Shown piece by piece: positions 22,601 through 36,635 of a stretch of DNA of 64,000 nucleotides (position 1 is the first letter of the stretch; the number at the start of each line of letters is the position of its first letter). The position numbers and the translations under genes were made by a program. Below the pieces are notes generated by a model that did no database searches, was not told where the DNA came from, and saw only the letters and a list, made by a program, of their open reading frames with translations. Origin of the DNA: Pelomyxa schiedti (Eukaryota > Protista > Evosea); NCBI GenBank assembly GCA_020536535.1, contig JAHLWZ010000381.1:35324-99323 (forward strand). Reading direction: 5' to 3'.

Positions 22601-25600
22601 CGCAAGTCGCCGTGCTGGGCGAACTCCATTACCCTGCAACCAAGTTAAGTTTTTTTTTTTCTGACAGTGGTTCTACATCATGATAACAGGTTGTATAGAG
22701 ACACCCAATAAGGGAACCAAGTGTGGGTTGTCTGGGAGCTGTGCCATTACCTTGGTAAACAGTGATTAAAAAAAAAAAAAACAACGAAAAAGAAAACCTC
22801 GACTTCTTGACGGAACTCTGTCAAAGTTTGTGAAATGTCTGTATTCCGCCAAATCTTAACAGCAGTTGTTGTTTTTTTCCCATCAGGGTGCTTAAGTTCA
22901 GCTTTGAACACAGTACCATACCCTCCTCTTCCTAAGAGATTTGTGATCTCAACATCAGTGCATGCCAGCTTAGTTTTGGGAGCAACTCCAGCACACAAAT
23001 CTGGAGCTAAAGTAGATGGCTTCTGCAACGAGTTGCACTTGGTGCAAGTGAAGTGCTGCTTATGGCTGAAATTGGTAATGATATCGTTGCTGTCGTACCA
23101 ACTGGCAGAGTCAGGACTTTCTCCGTGATGGAGACATCCTAAGCAGCAAATACTGTGCTGTGAAGGATAAATTGGAGGATGTATTGTGGACAAAATTTGT
23201 ATGATTGAATCCATTGCCAAGCACAGTAGTGTGGGTGTGCTCGTCGGCTCGTAGGCGTAAATCTTCAAACCCTCAGAGGACTCAATGTTACACACGGTGA
23301 TATGGATAGCCTCATCAGGGTCTGGAGTACCAGATTGTGTGGAAATCATGGCACCACTTTTCCACAAGAATTCAGATGTCCTTCTTTTTGGAAGCTGTAA
23401 TAAAGCAGCTTGTATTTGCGAAACAAAACAAGAAGGAAGTCTGTCAAAGAGCAGTAATCTGCAGTGAACATGATATTCAGGGGTGTGTAATTTGGCAAGG
23501 GCAGACTGGACACCTTCTGGCTCACTCTCCATCAAGTTACTTGGTATCAAGTAGCCAGGTCCTGGGTCAACTGGTCCTTGGATTTCAATTGGTATTATTA
23601 CATTGAAACGAACGAGGAGGCTGAGAAATTGACGGTGCAGGGTATGATGAAATACCCGCCACAATTCGCGTTCCAGAATGTTCTGTGAAACACATGGTTT
23701 ATTGGAGGCACTGAGTGGAGCAAATAAGATAGCTGCAAGATGAGCAGGGTTCATAAAGATTGTATTCCACTCCTTGATATCAGCGAAATATGAAACTTGC
23801 CCAACGTTGTGGAGAAAAATTATAGCATCAAGGAGTGTGTCAAGCATGTCAGTGCCTGCTACAATTCGTCTGGCGAGATGAAGCAAGTCTCTCCATAATA
23901 TAATTTCTTGTGAATCTAATTGTGTAATAGTCCGTGCCAGAACAGGCCAGAGACCAGGAACAACTCTTTGCATGCGACAAGCCCCTTTATATAGGAAGTC
24001 CTTGATCTTATCAAGAAATTCAACTTCAACATTTGTGGTTGGACTTGGCCAGAAGACATCATGTTCTCCCCAGTTCAATCTTGGGTCCCAGTCAGTAGAA
24101 TTGGCCGCCAAAAAAAGAATGGCACGATTTGGTGTATAGCAGTGTGTGGCTGAGGTTACAAGACGGCTCCAGTGATTGATTGATTGTGGATTCACACTTG
24201 AGCCATCAAATGGAAAAATAAAAATAGTTTGTGGAGTCATGAAGAACTGAGGGATATCCCTATTGATAGCTTTTCTGGGTTAGTGTTTTTGTATATGGGG
24301 TTGTCTACCTTTCTGGGAAAAATTGAAGATCTGAAAATGGAACTGCTTCAAATCAAGAGTAGAAACCGTAAGTAACTCTGAATAAAATGATCAGTAAGAA
24401 AAGTGTTCAGATTTCCTGGAAAAAAGGGAATGGCACCAGAACTATACAGTGGCTGGGCACCTAAAGCACTCAACACAGCAGATTTATTATCTTGATACTT
24501 TGGTTGTAAATAAAGAAGATTTAGTGAAGAGAAGTCCTACATCTCCCAGTAACATAACCCTGAATGACACCCACAGATGAGTTTTGTTCAGGGAAACAGA
24601 CTTTTCCAGTATTGTCTCAAGTGGCACGGACGGTTCTTTGCACAGCTCAGACAGATTATTATTTGAATAGTTCACCAGTGTTTGATCCTTCATCAATGCT
24701 GCAATTCCAGAAGGTAAATCCTCCAACTAAAATACCATATTAAACTTACTCAAAAAAGCAAATTGAGTGAACCCTATTGTGAGAAATGTTCAAAGTTTTT
24801 AGGCAGGTAAGTAACCCAATCTCTGAAGAAACAGTTGTTAAGCAATTGCCTGAAAGCTGCAGGGTTGTGAGTAGGTAAAAAGATATTAACATGCTCTACA
24901 TCAAGGGTTGCGAGTTTGGAAAGTTTTGAAAATTGAGCTATATCCTTGGTCACACAACTTATTTTGTTCTCTTTTGAGTGTTGGTTACACCTTTGAGTAT
25001 GTGAAACATACTGCTTAGATTCAAAACTTGGAGATCCAGCAGGTTAGCAAGATTGTAAGGAAATTCAGAAATGAGATTCATTGATAAATCAACAGTCTTG
25101 AGAGCTTGAAATTTGGAATTGGTGGAATTGATGGGCACAAAATCAGGGGATGTCATCAGCTTTAGCTCTCGTAGGACAATTTTTTCACCAGTGCTTTCTC
25201 CAAGTTTCTTTTTCAAGTCTTGCTTGAGCTCTGTTTAAACAATGTAAACTAATAATCAGAATTTTGAAATACCAGAGCTCCTATTCAATGTGGAAAGTAT
25301 TTTTCTTTCATTTCGTGCCAGACCTGTACCATGAACCAAAAGTAAGGAGAGGCAGGAGTTGGCCTCAAGCATGTTGAGAAGGTTTGGAACATTTCGTTCT
25401 TCTATTGGATTTCCTGCGTGAAAAAAGTTAACTAAGAAGACACTATGGAAATATACTATTAAGGTTTAAAGATTGTAGACTGTGGTTGCGTTCCAGCCCT
25501 GTGAAAATATGTTGGATACCATCTTCGATTTTGTTTCCTGTTCTCAAGGATTATTGTAATGGAGACAATCTGAATGTTAAAAACCTGACAGATCCAACTT

Positions 25601-27282
25601 CAGAAGAGTACAATTACGAGAAAGCATCTGCCCAATAACACTGGCACCAATATTACTTATACAATTTCCTGGGTTTTGGTTGTGACTTTTTTGTTTGGGT
25701 GTTCAACAATTTGTCAAAGTGGTGTACCTGAAAGGAGTAATGTGGAGAGTTGACTGAACTCATGAGACATTAGAGGCACAATTCCTTCATCGTTGATTTC
25801 ATTGTCTTTCATTAGTATTAGGAATAGTGGGGGAATGTCCCTAAATGGGAGGGAACTTGAAAGGTCAAGAGTCAAGAGATTCCGAAGTAAAGGAGAGCTC
25901 GAGAGGATATCACAAATTTCATTTCCAAGATTGTTTCCTGGTTAAATAAGCAAACTTTGATGTGACTAGTCGTGTCACCTGCAAGAGAGATATTATTAAT
26001 GCCATGTGTGACAAACTGGTCTACAAGACTGGTCAAATGTGTTTTTTTCAACTGAATTGCTGCAACAGTCAAATTAATATGAACCTTTCTCAAGTAGCAC
26101 TTACATGATAAATCCAGGAAAATGAGAGAAGATTGGAGCGCCTTGAAAAAAGGGTCCAAAAAATCTTCACTTATGTGGCAGCCTATGCCCAGTTTAAAGC
26201 CAAGAGAGAAGTGCGAGTTGATACCTGAAAACCTGACACTTTTGACTTTGTTTGTTTTGATATATGCTGCAACCTGTCCTGGAGTAACAGGTAAAAAGAC
26301 AGTCCCTGCAATTTATTTGTTGGTCACAGTGATGCACACAAGTGGGGTGAGTATAGTGAAAACCTGTCAGATTTAAATCGACAATATCCATTTCCTGTGA
26401 GTCACAAAATTGGTCTACAGAAAGTTTAAAAAATGAGCTGTCCCGCAATTCTCTTAAGGAGCTGCCAGGTCTAAGGGCTTCCAGTATTGGGGATCCCACA
26501 GGGCGCCAGTCCAAATCAATTTGTGAAGAAATTTCTACTCACTGGTTATACAAGAAGGAAAGGGTGATACGGAGTTAAATTTTTGTTACTATCGTCACAA
26601 AGAGCAACTAAAACTAGATACACCAGCAAGTCATACTTGTTAAAGCATTCCTGGAAGACTGAAGTGATGTTTTATTTGCCAAAAACACCAAACCAACTTG
26701 CCCACCCACCCTCCTGGTCAGCCCCCAGTCCTCAGCCTCAAAAGACGCATCACCACTCTCATCACTAACTTGGTCCTGGTTGCTACTGACACCATGGCAT
26801 TGACAGTGACACTTACAGGTGATTCTCACATCCCTAGCCAATGAAGATTTCACTGGCTTTGATGTCGAATTTGCAGTTGCATTTGCTGCTGTGGTCGTGG
26901 TAGTTGTAGATGCAACTGCAACTTCAACTGTACTTGCAGATGCGAGTGGTGACGAATGTGACACGGGTGGGTCAGTGGGGTGGGAGCAAGAGTCGCAGCC
27001 CTGGTGCTCGTGGTCTTCGGTCTCGGGCGTGGTGGCGGCCTCCTGGAAGCGCAGCTGCTCGTAACTTTGGTTGGCGACACTGGCGTGGTGGTGATGGTGG
27101 TGGCCGCGATTATTATGGGTGTGATCAGGGTTGTGCCTGTGGCGGTTCGGGTCCAGGGACTGGTTCTGCTGCCGGTTGGACTCGCGGCTCTCCGATATCA
27201 TCGCTACGAAGTCCTCTACGGCCGAGGACCCACGTTCCCCGACGTGGTCCGCACTCATTCGGCGCCCGCGTCGGTCCGTCAT
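19670..27282 (-). CDS. Roco-family kinase (LRR - ROC - COR - TKL kinase - WD40/beta-propeller - PH-like tail)
   Basis: LRR exons (LKTVDLSMNLISEFPYNLANLLDLQVLNLS); ROC/COR text (QFFMTPQTIFIF, FLHNVGQVSYF, YLIPSNL); kinase motifs LGRGGYGTVFK, AVK, MEF, HRDLRSPNIF, DYG, WLAPE, DIYSFG; beta-propeller ORF 20018..21544. Start taken at MTDRRGRR. Confidence 0.85.
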
Positions 27283-27425
27283 TGCGTGGGGTTTTTTTTT
27301 TGTTGTTTTCTTTCCTTTTTGGCCAAACTCGAATTCCAATAAAAGAAGATGGCCTGAATTTGATAATTGCTTGTTTTGTCGTGTGGGGTGGGGGGGGAAG
27401 ATCTTGGGGGTGTGCGGTGCCGTAA

Positions 27426-28533
27426 CTAATAAGTTACCAAGTCAAGTATCCAGGCCTTCCCATTTACGGCTTCTATGGCCTTGGCCACCCTTTGTTGTGC
27501 TTCGGCAGAGTCACAGAGCGCCACCATGCAGCCGCCGCCGCCGGCGCCGAGTTGCTTGGCACCGCAGGCACCAGCGTCGCAGCAGGCGCGGCATAGCTCG
27601 TTCAATCGGGCCGTTGCTGCTCCCATGAGGTTTTCCTGCTCAAACTGCTGGCACATAAGGCTGCCCACGGTTCTCAAGTCGCCACGGGTGAGTGCTTCGC
27701 TGCCGGCGTAGAGGTACTCGGTGATTTTCTTGAAGCCCTCTAGTACGATAGGATCGCTGTCGGCCAGTCTTTTGCGGAATGCTGTCAGCATGGTCTTGAG
27801 CGGCCTAGGTTCCATGGTGTCACCGACTACAACCGGAAGTGACCGTACACTGAGCGGGGTTACACTGGGTGATTCACCAGTCTGTATCAGAGTAACACCG
27901 CCATGGGAGATGGCATACTGATCCATTCGCCCACATGGAATTCCCAGCTCATTATGCTCGGCATCGTAGGCCATTTCAGCGATTTCGTCCTTCTTCATTC
28001 CCAGCTCATACAACGTGTCTAGAGCCCTTACAAGAGCAACAGAAACGGCACCTGACGAGGCAAGGCCCTTGCCAATCGGAATGCGTGAGTCCACGGATGC
28101 CTCAAAGCCACAGGTCAAGCGTGGCCTCAATAAACGGGCAGCAGCACACCAATATTTGAGAGGGTGAGAGTACTGTCGCAATTTGGTTTCTTGCGTGTCA
28201 TCGTCGAGGCAGTAATTCAAGTCGCCGGGGAAATTTTCCGAGTGGAGAACAACGTCGCGACTTCCGTCCAGCTTCTTCGCGGTGATAGTGAGGGTGCCTT
28301 AACACAGTACAAATTTAATAAATCATGGAGACAGGCATTATATGAAATAGAAGAAAGCGAGAAAAAGGTAACGACATACAAGTAACCGTAGCGGCAATGA
28401 CGGGAAGTCCGGCGAGGTCGGTCTTGTCACCAAACAAACATATCCGGCCAGGGATGTCGGCTTGGAAGATCCGCTTAGAAAGAGCCGGGTCACCCGTTGT
28501 AGTCCTTGTGTCGGTGGCTGGTGTCTGCGACAT
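27426..28533 (-). CDS. GHMP-family kinase (mevalonate/galactokinase-like)
   Basis: PGRICLFGDKTD, PIGKGLASSGA (PxxxGLxSS motif), CGRMDQYA, GAKQLGAGGGG. One intron at ~28285-28385. Confidence 0.88.
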
Positions 28534-28813
28534 CGGCAGTGAGTGAGAGTGGTGGCGATTAGATAATCCCGAGTAAAAAATGTGGAAACAAAGAACCAAG
28601 ATTTCGGAGCAGGGGATTTCAGTGATGACCTGTCAAACTGTGACAGCAATGCCCTGGAACAGTAAGCTCTTCGGGGTGGGACTCTTGAGACTCTGAGATA
28701 TCCAGCTCCGAGGGCAGAGACTCAGCGGGCACCACTCAGAAAAGATTAAAACTTGTTGATCAGTTACGCGTAGGAAGCGCACACAAGCAAACCGGTAGTC
28801 GACGCACAATAGT

Positions 28814-31615
28814 ATGTCTAGTCATCCAGTCAACAATTGGACAGCACAGTCGTCTGTGGCGCCTCCGCCGAGTACCGTTCAGCCGGCGTCATCTACGCAA
28901 GATCCGGCCTCTATGGCAATTTCTGCACCAACTTCGATTGCCCAGATCCACAGCACGGCCTCGCAACTGCAGTTGTTGCAGCAGCTGATAGCGCAACAGA
29001 GCCCGGAGCAACAAAAGTCGTTGATGAAACCACCGGCGGAGCAGACGGTGGCAACTCCGAAGACAAAAACTGGCTGGAAGAACAAATTGATGAGGCCAAT
29101 CTCGACCAGACTTGGCGCAAACACGAGTTCGCCTGCTCTTGTTACACGTGGATTTATCCCCTTGTTTCCTGATGTAGTGTGGAAAATGTGCAACTACATC
29201 AAGCAAAACGGTTCGTTGCAACGATGATGCCAAAAACTAAGCATAAGGTTTTACTCCCAAAGGTCTGGATGAAGAAGGAATTTTTCGCGTACCTGGTGCC
29301 ACTATTGCCATTGCCCTCATTCGTAGTACATTTGAGACTGGTTTGTCTCTTCAATTCGTATACATTCCAGCATTGATAGTATCCGCTCAGGGGAAGAACT
29401 GGACAGTGTACCGGAACTGTCCCCTAATGCTGTAGCCAGTGCCCTGACGAGCAACTTGAGGGAACAACCAGAGCCCCTAATACCTTTCGCCGACTACCCC
29501 AAGTTTATTGCAGCGCAATGTGTGAGCACCTAAACACCCAGATAGTAAAAGAGCCCTACCAGTGCGTCTAACGTTACTGTTCCTCAGCTTCTTTGGAACA
29601 AACTGGTTCCCTGGTGGAGTTGAAGAATGCAGTGAACCAACTTCCTCCAACCAACAAACTTCTTCTGCATTGCATAGTCAATTTGCTTGTTGCTGTAAGG
29701 TTGCTTGCCAGTGCTTTTATTGTGCATAATGCTTATTCTCCTCTGCAGCCAACACAGCGCAGAAAACAAGATGTCCTCATCGAACCTTGGAGTTATATTT
29801 GGTCCCAACTTTCTCCGGGAAGAAGTGGAAAACTTATTTTCAGGAGAAAGATGTGATGTGGTTTCAAGTTTAATCGATCATTATGGAGAACTTTTTGATG
29901 TGTGGAATTTTCTTTGTAGCCATATTTGGTTGGTGATACTAATTTCGTACTGAACACCAGGATTCTGAACTCACAGCTGATAAGTTTCAGCGCCCCGGTC
30001 CTCCTGTGCCAACTCCTATCAGAGTTTCGGCAACAGCTAAAACTCCCTCTCAGCAAAGACTGGACTTGACAGCCGTATTATCAAACAACCTTCAGTTCTT
30101 TACACTGAATATTGTAGAGCGCACCTCCAAAGAAGAAACCTATTGTACAACAAGCACCACCCGGCTGTGCTGAAACTCGGGCCCTTATTGCACAGTTAGA
30201 GAAAGCACAAACAGAACGGGTAACATCAATGAATACAATTCTTTCCTGAAATAAACATTTTTAGATGATTATTGACATTCCCAAAGGAGGCACTGTGGAG
30301 GAGCTAAGAAATACCCTCAAAAAATCTGAGCGATCACTGACAACAGTTATAATGAAACTCGTTGAGATCACAAAAGAAAAGGCTGTTCTGGAAGACAAGC
30401 TAGCTAAAAGTAGAAAACTAGTAACAGCGTATGGGAATCTCTATCCCCATTCAAGGAATTTTAATGCCAGTACACAAATAGATATAAGGCTATGTATGGA
30501 CCTTTAAATGAAGGTTGTTTTGTGTTACATGTACATCTCTTCCTACAAACTCTAAAGACCAGACCGATCCGCAGCACATTGCTCGTGACGCTCCACCTGC
30601 AACTCCTGAGGAACCCCCACAACGTTATCTTCCCTCATTAGTTTTCACCTCTGATTTCTATTAGCTGCAATCAGACCAAATGCATTTGATGGCACCAAAG
30701 AAGAGCTGTCCAGTGCACTCCGAAAGTTAAATAATCTTCACTCGTTTGCGGGTACCATCTTAATTTTCAGCTTCAAACACAATCATTTAAAACAAACAAG
30801 TCAAGTCTTTGGAACCTCAAAAAATCAAGGCAACTATGAAGCAGATAAAGAAGATTAAAAGATACGCACAACATGCCCAGGAGGAAATCAAGACGGCAAT
30901 AACGAATGAAGATATAGTATCGTTTCCACTAGAATGCCCATTGGATTCAGTCTAATGCAGATGACAGGCAAAAGATACTGTGACAATGCCCAGTAGTGCA
31001 GTTCACTATTTGGATGAAGCAATGTCACAAGTTGTTTCAGGACTTGACCAAATTTCAGAACGGAAATCTACTGAGAGCTCAGAGCAGAGAACAGTCTGGG
31101 GCCGCATTGGCCAAGATATTGTTGACATTGCGGCAACAGTGTCCCGCACGCTACATACTCTCTCCAGCGAGTGCGCGGCGGCCGTGTCAGGCTCCTGCGC
31201 TCCCCAGCGCGGAGGCTTCATCCCCCCGCCCACGCAGCCACCCCCACCCCCGTCAACGTCATCAGGGCCCAAGAACCTATCTCCGCCGCTGACACCGCCG
31301 CACATGGCAATAATATCAGGCCCCACGACCGCGCCCACATCGGCATCAACCCCGCCGTCGCCGCCGCGCACCCACGAGATAGAGGCCCTCAGGGCCAAGA
31401 CTTGCAAACTCCAGGACGAGCTGGACGTCGAGCGGGCACGGGCCGACGACCTGCAGGAGTGCCAGGAGGCGTCCACCAGGGTCTTCGCCTCACTCCGCGA
31501 GGAGCTCATCAAGTGCAAGGCCCAGAGGGACGCCCTGCAGCAAGACATAACCAAACTCACGGTGTCGAGCAAACCACTTCCCCCACTTCCTCCGCATCAC
31601 GGCTCAAAGACGTGA
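28814..31615 (+). CDS. RhoGAP domain protein with coiled-coil and proline-rich C-terminus
   Basis: GLDEEGIFRVPG (arginine finger, ~29278), LREQPEPLIPF, NKMSSSNLGVIFGPNFL. Multi-exon. Confidence 0.85.
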
Positions 31616-31879
31616 GTGAAAACGGAATGCAACCCCGCGGCATTGTGGGTTCGCCAGCCCACGCAGCCCCCCAGACAGCAACAGCAAAAATACAAAGGAA
31701 TAACACCGATTTTTTTCTCTCCACGGAATTCCACCGCCCCTGTTTTATTGACATCTGCAAAGGTGTTGAACTGCCTTCGCGGAATGGCACTTGGATCAGG
31801 AAAAACCCTGCCTGTTTTTCAACCCCGTTTGGTTGTTTGGGATCTAAAACAGCAGTAAACCATTTATTAAAGAAAAATC

Positions 31880-34127
31880 ATGAGTCGTACGAGGGCGTAC
31901 TCGGCGTCCCCGTCGCCTTCACATTCTCCGTCAATGATGCCATCGCTTGGATCTCCGTTGTCGTCTTCGCCGTCTATGTCACCGCTATCACCACGTAACT
32001 CATCGGCGATGAGCCGCAGGGCGTCGCTGATTGCCGCGATCTTGCCCATATCTTTCGGCTCTCCGCCGAGCACCGTGCCCGAGGTGCCCTCTCCTCCACC
32101 TCCAGTTGTGCCAAACAAGAATGCCGGAATAAGTGATGGAGTTCGGGAGATACTGAACAAGCATGTTTCCAAGCTGCCCGTAAGCAAGGATTGGCTCCGC
32201 CTGGGCCATACATTTCGTGTTTTTGACCTCGCATCTGGTGTGATTTCGAAGCCACTTTAAGTGATACAACTCTCACCATCACAAAGGCGCTGAACTCTTT
32301 AACAGCGATACTGATACCAGTGATAATATAAGTGATTTGGAAAAGGGGTTTGCTATGCTTAGAGCTGTATATACTGCCGCCGAGACGGAGGAGAATGCGG
32401 TTGCACTGGAGCAGTTATTTAGAAAGCATGTGACCCGGGAAGATTTAGACTTCACTGAGCAATTTCAAGTCTTACTCATTTCTCTTGCCACACCCTCATT
32501 TCTCAAACAGAAATTTCTTGAGGAAGTCGATGATGAACTGCCAACAATAAAAGCAATTAAATGCATCTGCCAAGGTATCTTTTTTCTTGTTGGTTCCTTC
32601 AATTACGTTACCGTCTTCAGACGTAATTTATCCCGCGGTCATGTACTACAAGCGTATTATGGATCCAAAATACCCTTTCAAAGATAGCAAAGGAACCTGG
32701 CATATTGATGTAGGAATTAGAAAACATAGAACCCGCAGAACCACCTTCACTGTAACACACCACAAAGGACAATTGTCCCATGAGGTTGACATGTTTTCGT
32801 TTGAATGGAATTTAGAAATGGATATAAGGAGCAGGTTTCTTTTTTTTTTTTTTTTCCCCTTCTCTGAATTAATGGGAATTTATTGAAGTGGAGATATTCA
32901 AGCTCAACTTAACGTCATGGATTACCAAATAGGAGGCTCTGTTGCTGAGCCCCAAAAAAGTGAACTCACTTCAATATTCCAATCGGAATTACATCCCATT
33001 GTCCCCTTCCAAAAAGTAATTTTCCTCGGTTGCTGTGTGCTCACCATAATACAGTTTCTCACCCAAGTTCCATTTGCAGTTCGGCCTTGGACTTTATTGT
33101 CGTCTGGGTACTCTTTTACTATTTCCTCCCTCTCTCAAGCCTGCCTTAAGGGTTTCAATAATTCAAAATGGGACAATGTTATATCAATCTGCGGTGGTAG
33201 ACTCTGTAACGGAGTCCAAATATCAAATCGCATGTACTATTGCCCAGTTTTTGGATGGTGTGGAGCATGGACCACTTCTAACCCGTGTCGTTGAGGTTTG
33301 TACTAACTGTACGAAGTTCTTTTCTGAAAACTCCAAGTTACATCAGCGAGATGGATTTGTAAATTATCAAGATTTTCAATTACAACCACATTTTTTGAAA
33401 TGTATAGCATTATTATCACAGGTACCTCGTAGATAAAATCTTAAGATTTATTTCTGAGCTCACTTGCAGGATTTCATATATTTCGCCTATAAAAGACTCC
33501 GAAGCTGCTTACACGAGCGATTTCCGTTCAAAGACAAACGAGACTCTATCAGAGAAGCTAACCTGAAGTTCGGTTCGACTCACATTGTAATCTTCTCCAC
33601 ATGAAGAGGTTTTTTTGGGGTTTTTTTTTTTCCTTCTTTTACCTGCTAATCAATCAAATCTGCAGACTGTATGCCATAGAAAAGTTGAACAGTCTGGCGC
33701 ACAACAATTCGAATTTTCGTGGGAGTTACAGGCCAAGCTAACAACTAATTTCGAATTAATAAAAACTGAGTGCGTGCATTCCTCTCCTTCCACCATTGGC
33801 ATACTCAAACAGCACAGTTTGCGGATCACTTCATACACATTTTTTGACACCATGTCACTTGCAGATCGCAATGACTGGCTTTTGGCCGCATCAAGCCTCA
33901 TTAACAAGCACAGCAAAGAAATACCAGCCACACCAGTCTCAATTCTCTGTGCCTTGCGTGCATGCTGCACAGCCCTCGAATCCAAGAGCACAGCACCAAT
34001 GGTGCTCGTTCCCGGGTTGGAATTACCCCTGGAAGCAACCAGTATCCTGTCAGAAGTAATCAACTCACTCTCACAGTGCCCCAATCTGCCCCTGGTGCAC
34101 CTACGGCAAGACCCACAACACTCCTGA
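31880..34127 (+). CDS. Protein with two tandem copies of an amoebozoan-type domain (resembles the GlfB C-terminal-like domain)
   Basis: Repeat 1: IKAIKCICQ...YPFKDSKG...VTHHKGQ...FSFEWNL. Repeat 2: LKCIALLSQ...FPFKDKR...VCHRKVEQ...FEFSWEL. The family name is from recall and the 3' end is uncertain. Confidence 0.55.
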
Positions 34128-34313
34128 CTCAAAATCCTGTGTACACACAACAGCAAAGCCACACAGAACCCCCAAAACATACACAATCACATTCACCTAT
34201 TGAACAGTAACACAATTACGGCTGTACCTTCATCACAATTGTGTTACCCAATTTCGTTAGTCCTTCCAGTAAAAAAATAAACGAAAACCGTGGGGGCACA
34301 AGACAAGCACACC

Positions 34314-36559
34314 ATGGGACTGAGAGCGGTTTTTGTTGGTGTAGTTTTGGTGTTGGTTGCGTTTGGGACCGGTGTCGAATCTGGTCGCATCTGGTCCTCA
34401 CTACGCCAGGACCAGCAGCAACGAGTGCGTGATATCGTAGACTCCATGACTCTCGACGAGAAAATAGGTCCGTAAATGGACGAGCTTCGGTGGTTGGGCT
34501 TTCGTTTCGAATTTTTGTTTACACGTGGCTTTTTTCTTTTCCTCTTCTTACACGAATGACATTTGATAGGGCAAATGACACAGGGCGAGAGGTTGTCTCT
34601 TACAACAGCAGACGTTACTAATTTGTTTATTGGCTCTGTTTTGAGTGGAGGAGGCTCTGTTCCTGGTGACAACACTTTGGAGGACTGGCAGGTGCCTTGA
34701 GTCATATCTCACTTTTTCCCGCTTTCTATCCACCTTTGCTTTGTGTGATGGGAATAGATTGGCACCCTCGTTTAAGAAACCCATTCTTAGGATATGTATG
34801 ATGAATACCAGAAAGCGGCTCTTGACACCCGCTTGGCAATACCCATAATTTACGGCCAGGATGCCGTTCATGGAGTGAACAATGTGTACGGTGCTACAGT
34901 GAGTGTCCTCTTACAATATGCGTGGTTAATTTGGTCCTTTTCAGATTTTTCCCCACAATGTTGGTCTTGGGGCAGCCAACGATCCTGACTTAGTGGCAAG
35001 AATTGGGCAAGTAGTAGCAGAAGAATTATGTGCGTTTTTTTTTTTTCTCCGGGAAGCCCAATTAGTAACTGTGCATTAGGTTCATGCGGTAGTACTTGGA
35101 CTTTTGCACCTTGCATTGCCGTGCCACAAGACGATCGTTGGGGAAGGACATATGAAGGCTTTGGTGAATTGCCAGAACTGCAGTCTCTTGGCACTGCCTA
35201 TGTCAACGGACTTCAAGGCGCACCCTATGGTGCTATTGGGTGCTCCAAGCATTATCTTGGTGATGGTGGCACGAAATGGGGAACTGGTGATAATGGCTAT
35301 CCCATCGATCGTTGACGAAGCAACTCTTCGCGCAATTCATCTTCCAGGCTACATTGAAGCTGTCGAGGCCGGAGTGGGAACAGTCATGGTGTCATATAGC
35401 AGCTGGAACGGAGACAAGATGTCAGGTCACACCTACCTCATTACTGATGTTCTTAAGAATGAGCTTGGCTTTGATGGCTTTGTTGTAAGTGACTGGGATG
35501 CCATACTTGAACTTCCAGGTTCCTTCTATGACCAAGTTGTTGCAAGCGTCAATGCTGGCATGGATATGTTCATGATGCCATATGACTGGCAAGATTTTAT
35601 CGACAACCTAAAGAAAGCAGTTAACAAGGGCGATGTCCTCGTATCTCGCATCGATGATGCAGTAACACGAATTTTGGCTGTCAAGACTGCTTTTGGCTTA
35701 TTTGATCATCCTTTCGCCAACAGGTCCATAGGCGGTACATTTGGCAACTCCGAACATAGAAACATTGCACGTGAAGCTGTGCAGAAGTCTATGGTGTTAC
35801 TCCAGAATAGAAATTCACTCTTGCCACTCACGAAAAACAACATAACGTTTGTTGAATCTCAAGTAATGTATTGTCTAACTGAGAGAAAAAAAGGCTCTTC
35901 GTTGCTGGCGTTCATGCAGATGATATTGGTCTACAATGTGGTGGCTGGACCATTTCATGGCAAGGGTCAGCCGGCCCCATCACTACTGGAACTACTATTC
36001 TTGACGGCATCCGCGAGTCGGTTTCTGGATATGGCACTGTAGATTATGATGCTGTAAGTTATTCTCAATCCAAATAATCTCAGCAAGCAAGCAAGCAAGC
36101 AAACAAAAAACCCACAATAAGCTAGTATCCCATCATCCAACTTACAACCAAATAAAATAGAACGGCAACAACGCAGCCAACCATGATGTGGCAATTGTAG
36201 TAGTTGGAGAGTACCCCTACGCCGAAGGTGTTGGCGATGCCTCGAGCCTCGACCTAGCCAGTGACCAGCAGGCCCTCATCAACGAAGTATCCTCGGCCGT
36301 GGGAGCTGACAACACAGTGGTTGTGATTGTATCCGGCCGGCCTCTGGTCCTCCCGTCAGACACTATGCCCCAATGGGGAGCACTTGTTGCTGCTTTCCTG
36401 CCTGGAACCGAAGCAGGTGGGCTGGCTGATGTGCTCTTTGGGGATGCTCCATTCTCTGGCAGACTTCCACTCAGTTGGCCAAGGTCAACATCACAAGAGC
36501 CAATCAATTTCGGGGATTCCACCTATGACCCACTATTCCCCTACGGCTTTGGCCTGTAA
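34314..36559 (+). CDS. Secreted glycoside hydrolase family 3 beta-glucosidase/exo-glucanase
   Basis: Signal peptide [18 protein letters not shown]; MTLDEKIG; [15 protein letters not shown]; [13 protein letters not shown]; KHY; GFVVSDW (nucleophile Asp); [11 protein letters not shown]; GRLPLSWP; PLFPYGFGL*. There is a frame break near 35310. Confidence 0.92.
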
Positions 36560-36635
36560 GTTTTTAAAGGAATAAACAATACAGCTTTTTCTTTTTCCAA
36601 CTTCTTGTTTTTTCTGTGTTTGTTCTTTTTTAGTT

